Assembly (NCBI GenBank): GCA_963691875.1
Contig: OY829846.1
Span: forward strand, 352,001-416,000
Direction of reading: 5' to 3'
Source of the DNA: Aureliella sp.
GTDB lineage: Bacteria; Planctomycetota; Planctomycetia; Pirellulales; Pirellulaceae
DNA: 64,000 nt
Position 1 is the first letter of the stretch. Each line of letters opens with the position of its first letter. The position numbers were made by a program, and so were the translations under genes. Shown piece by piece: positions 61,702 to 64,000 of the stretch. The notes under the pieces are model-generated. The model did no database searches, was not told where the DNA came from, and saw nothing but the letters and a program-made list of their open reading frames with translations.

Positions 61702-61978
61702 AGCTTCGACCTTCCAAACTAGTCAGCGACGGCCCGATTTCAATTCACGGCATGCTGCCGTCAGGCCACTTCGTCAAAGTCGCGTCACACACGACCACTT
61801 GAAGATCGAATGTGACGCTCGAACCAGAGAACTTTTCAACCAAGAAATGTTGGAGAGTGTCACGTCCGCTGCATCTTTAAGCGGATGACTATCGGAACCC
61901 GCAAGTCGCTGTTATCTCAGCACTTACAAAGGTGAGAACTCCTCGCGAATTTCCGTGAAAGGGACCTGCACAGGGCGG
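61702..61978 (+). ncRNA. Candidate structured RNA, subfamily-1 leader (copy C)
   Basis: Same stems as copy A with changed loops. CGTCCGC(61863)/GCGGATG(61881) and ACGGCA/TGCCGT. Confidence 0.45.
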
Positions 61979-61979
61979 T

Positions 61980-62300
61980 CCATGATTCCAATGGTTCTGA
62001 GATTGCCCCAGATTCAGATCTCGGACAATGGCTTGCCTGGGCGGAACAGCGGGCGAACCGATTTGATCCAACCATCAACTCTCCAAAGTCGATCCGTGAT
62101 TCCGGAAGAGTCGAGTTAGCCGTTACACAGGCATTGGTAGACCATGGGGAGCGCCGCTGAAACCTTCGACGACTTGATCCCACTGGTGGATCTCTGCAAA
62201 GCCGGAAAGCTTTTTGAAGTACGAGCGTGGATTGACGCCGGGATTCTTGTTAATTCACCTGACGCACACTTTCGTAGGAGGCAGGTCATCGCATTGCAGG
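61980..62300 (+). pseudogene. Scraps of two island genes (C-terminus ..WLAWAEQRANRFDP..; N-terminus of an ankyrin-like gene)
   Basis: PDSDLGQWLAWAEQRANRFDP and LVDLCKAGKLFEVRAWIDAG, both incomplete. Confidence 0.45.
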
Positions 62301-62481
62301 TGCATGCAGTCAAAAAATCGCCCGAGATGGCTCACCAGGTTCCATTCCGATCAATTCGTATTCGTAAGATCGGTTCTGCCATGTAGTATTCACTGTCTGA
62401 GAAGACTATGCTCTCCCATTGCTCTCAAGAAAATGGGGCAAGACCAATCAGAACAATGTGGATTATCCGGAGTTGACCGCA

Positions 62482-63531
62482 ATGAGATCGAAAGCACTCT
62501 TTCTTTTGTTGACAGCGCTAGTTGTGAACGGCGCACATGCGCAGGTTCCCGAGCGTTTTCAAAAGCTGATTCTTGAGAATGTACCTCGGGCTGATGTGAA
62601 CGGCGATGGGAAGGTGACACTTGAGGAAATCAAGAAGACTTACCCTCGACTGCCGGCAGCGTATCAGCGAGCTATTCGCAAGAGATTACCGGAGATCGCG
62701 GGCGAAGCCTCCGCCTCTTCTAAGAAGCAAGCGGCGCAACCTGTTTTCGAGTTTGATCGTCGGGCCGGTGATGCGAAGACGGGGCGAGCCAAAGGCCTCA
62801 ACTGCCTGTTCATGGGGCACAGTTTCTTCTGTCCAATCGTCAAACACATTGATGAACACGCCACAACTTTGGGACTGAAGCATCACCAGCAATTTGTTGC
62901 CATGTCGGGAGGAGCCAGTGGTAGTCCGGGTAGGTTGTGGACCAGCAAGAAACCAGCAGTCCTGCACGCAAAGAAACTACTTGAGTCAGGAAAGGTGGAA
63001 CTTCTAGCTCTGACCGGCCATTACGAGGGAAGCACCTTTGAAGACTATCGGAAGTGGGTGGAACTCGCAGTAAAACATAACCCGGAAACGATCATCGTCA
63101 TCCAGTCGCCATGGGCGATCAAGAATTGGAAGCAACTCGGGGAGTATTCAAAGGACGTTGAGAGCGCAACCAATACATCTCATCAGAGAATCGATCAGCT
63201 TCGTGAAGAATTTCCCCGCTCGACGTTCCTTTGCGTTCCTCAAGGGCAGTGGATGGTCGAATTGTGGCGGTTGTTTGAAGCCAAGCAACTTCCGGAACTA
63301 ACCCAGTTAGTCGGCAGCGGAAAAGGAGAATCACAGCAGGCGCTTTTTCGCGACAATTTTGGGCACGGGGGAGAACTTGCGGAAAAACAAGGAGCCCTTA
63401 TGTGGTTGCGAGTCATCTATGGTGTCGACTTGAAAGACTACCAGTTCTCAACGAAAACCAAGTACGACTTAAAGGAACTCGCGCAGAGAATCTGTGACAG
63501 AGATCCGTACTGCAAAGTCGGGGACAAGTGA
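62482..63531 (+). CDS. Exported EF-hand plus SGNH-like protein
   Basis: Signal peptide, ADVNGDGKVTLEE, LFMGHSFF, LFRDNFGHGG. Confidence 0.85.
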   Translation: MRSKALFLLLTALVVNGAHAQVPERFQKLILENVPRADVNGDGKVTLEEIKKTYPRLPAAYQRAIRKRLPEIAGEASASSKKQAAQPVFEFDRRAGDAKTGRAKGLNCLFMGHSFFCPIVKHIDEHATTLGLKHHQQFVAMSGGASGSPGRLWTSKKPAVLHAKKLLESGKVELLALTGHYEGSTFEDYRKWVELAVKHNPETIIVIQSPWAIKNWKQLGEYSKDVESATNTSHQRIDQLREEFPRSTFLCVPQGQWMVELWRLFEAKQLPELTQLVGSGKGESQQALFRDNFGHGGELAEKQGALMWLRVIYGVDLKDYQFSTKTKYDLKELAQRICDRDPYCKVGDK

Positions 63532-63602
63532 CACAAGCTCGGCAACTCCGGCGAACCTAATCGAGTTTCGCCTTCCTCAACACATGTTCCCAGTGGTTAG
63601 AT

Positions 63603-64000
63603 ATGCCAAAAGAAATCCTATGCATATTGGCCTTGTCACTCTTCGCTGGCACCGCCGTTGCAAGCTCGGACAAGCCGAATGTGATCGTTATTATGGCCGA
63701 CGATATCGGTGCTGAGGGGTTAGCCTGTTTCGGCAGCACAATCTACACAACTCCGCATTTGGACCAGATGGCCGCCGAGGGCATTCGGTTTAACAACGCC
63801 TATGCAACGCCGCTTTGCACTCCCACGCGTGTGATGATAATGGGCGGTCTCTATCCCAACCGGACTGGTTATCGGGGCCTGATCGGAAAGGGGGAAGGCG
63901 TCCGTCTCGTGCCGGAAATCAGGACCTTTGCCCATGATTTCAAAGACGCGGGCTACGCAACCGCGGTTGCGGGCAAGTGGCAGCTTGGGAAGTTCGATGA
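63603..64000 (+). CDS. Sulfatase, N-terminal part (runs off the window)
   Basis: KPNVIVIMADDIG, TPHLDQMAAEG.RF, PLCTPTR, GY.T...GKWQL. Confidence 0.92.
   Translation, partial: MPKEILCILALSLFAGTAVASSDKPNVIVIMADDIGAEGLACFGSTIYTTPHLDQMAAEGIRFNNAYATPLCTPTRVMIMGGLYPNRTGYRGLIGKGEGVRLVPEIRTFAHDFKDAGYATAVAGKWQLGKFD

Larger units (their letters stand above)
60519..61978 (-). mobile_element. Subfamily-1 transposon copy C (short right end)
   Basis: CCGCCCCGTGCAAAAAGTCTGC...TGCACAGGGCGG. Homologous to copies A and B. Confidence 0.92.

Noticed and set aside
55083..61982. Target-site duplication for a B-C composite transposon
   Set aside because: The flanks are GGAC and GTCC, which are inverted rather than direct repeats.
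1..64000. CRISPR array, tRNA/rRNA genes, integron attC array
   Set aside because: No regularly spaced short repeats, cloverleaf or rRNA-like sequence, cas genes or tyrosine integrase were seen by eye.

Overview
This is an accessory region of a Planctomycete-like genome, judged from the DUF1501/DUF1549/DUF1553 and DUF1552/DUF1588/DUF1592 modules, sulfatases and an ECF sigma factor. It looks like a decayed prophage or integrative island broken into unrelated cargo blocks. The blocks are separated by six full or partial copies of an rve/DDE 'integrase-core' transposon from two subfamilies: 1-311, 17101-18727, 31267-31766, 34106-35764, 55086-56556 and 60519-61978. The most unusual signal is inside these elements. 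Each left end carries a roughly 280-nt non-coding leader between an inner and an outer terminal-repeat motif. The leader folds into conserved stems whose G-U pairs fall on the strand pointing away from the transposase, which makes it a candidate transposase-associated structured RNA. Leader, transposase and right-end tail appear to assort independently between copies. Cargo includes a class Ic (Mn/Fe, Tyr-less) ribonucleotide reductase operon with a DnaA box, sigma70 promoter, cobalamin riboswitch and an unknown gene between nrdA and nrdB. Other cargo is a cryptochrome-DASH/TspO/ALDH block between two inverted IS copies, eboA/eboB, an approximately 18-kb ECF-headed carbohydrate/sulfatase block, and many gene scraps. 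All family calls come from motif recognition by eye; no searches or folding programs were run.
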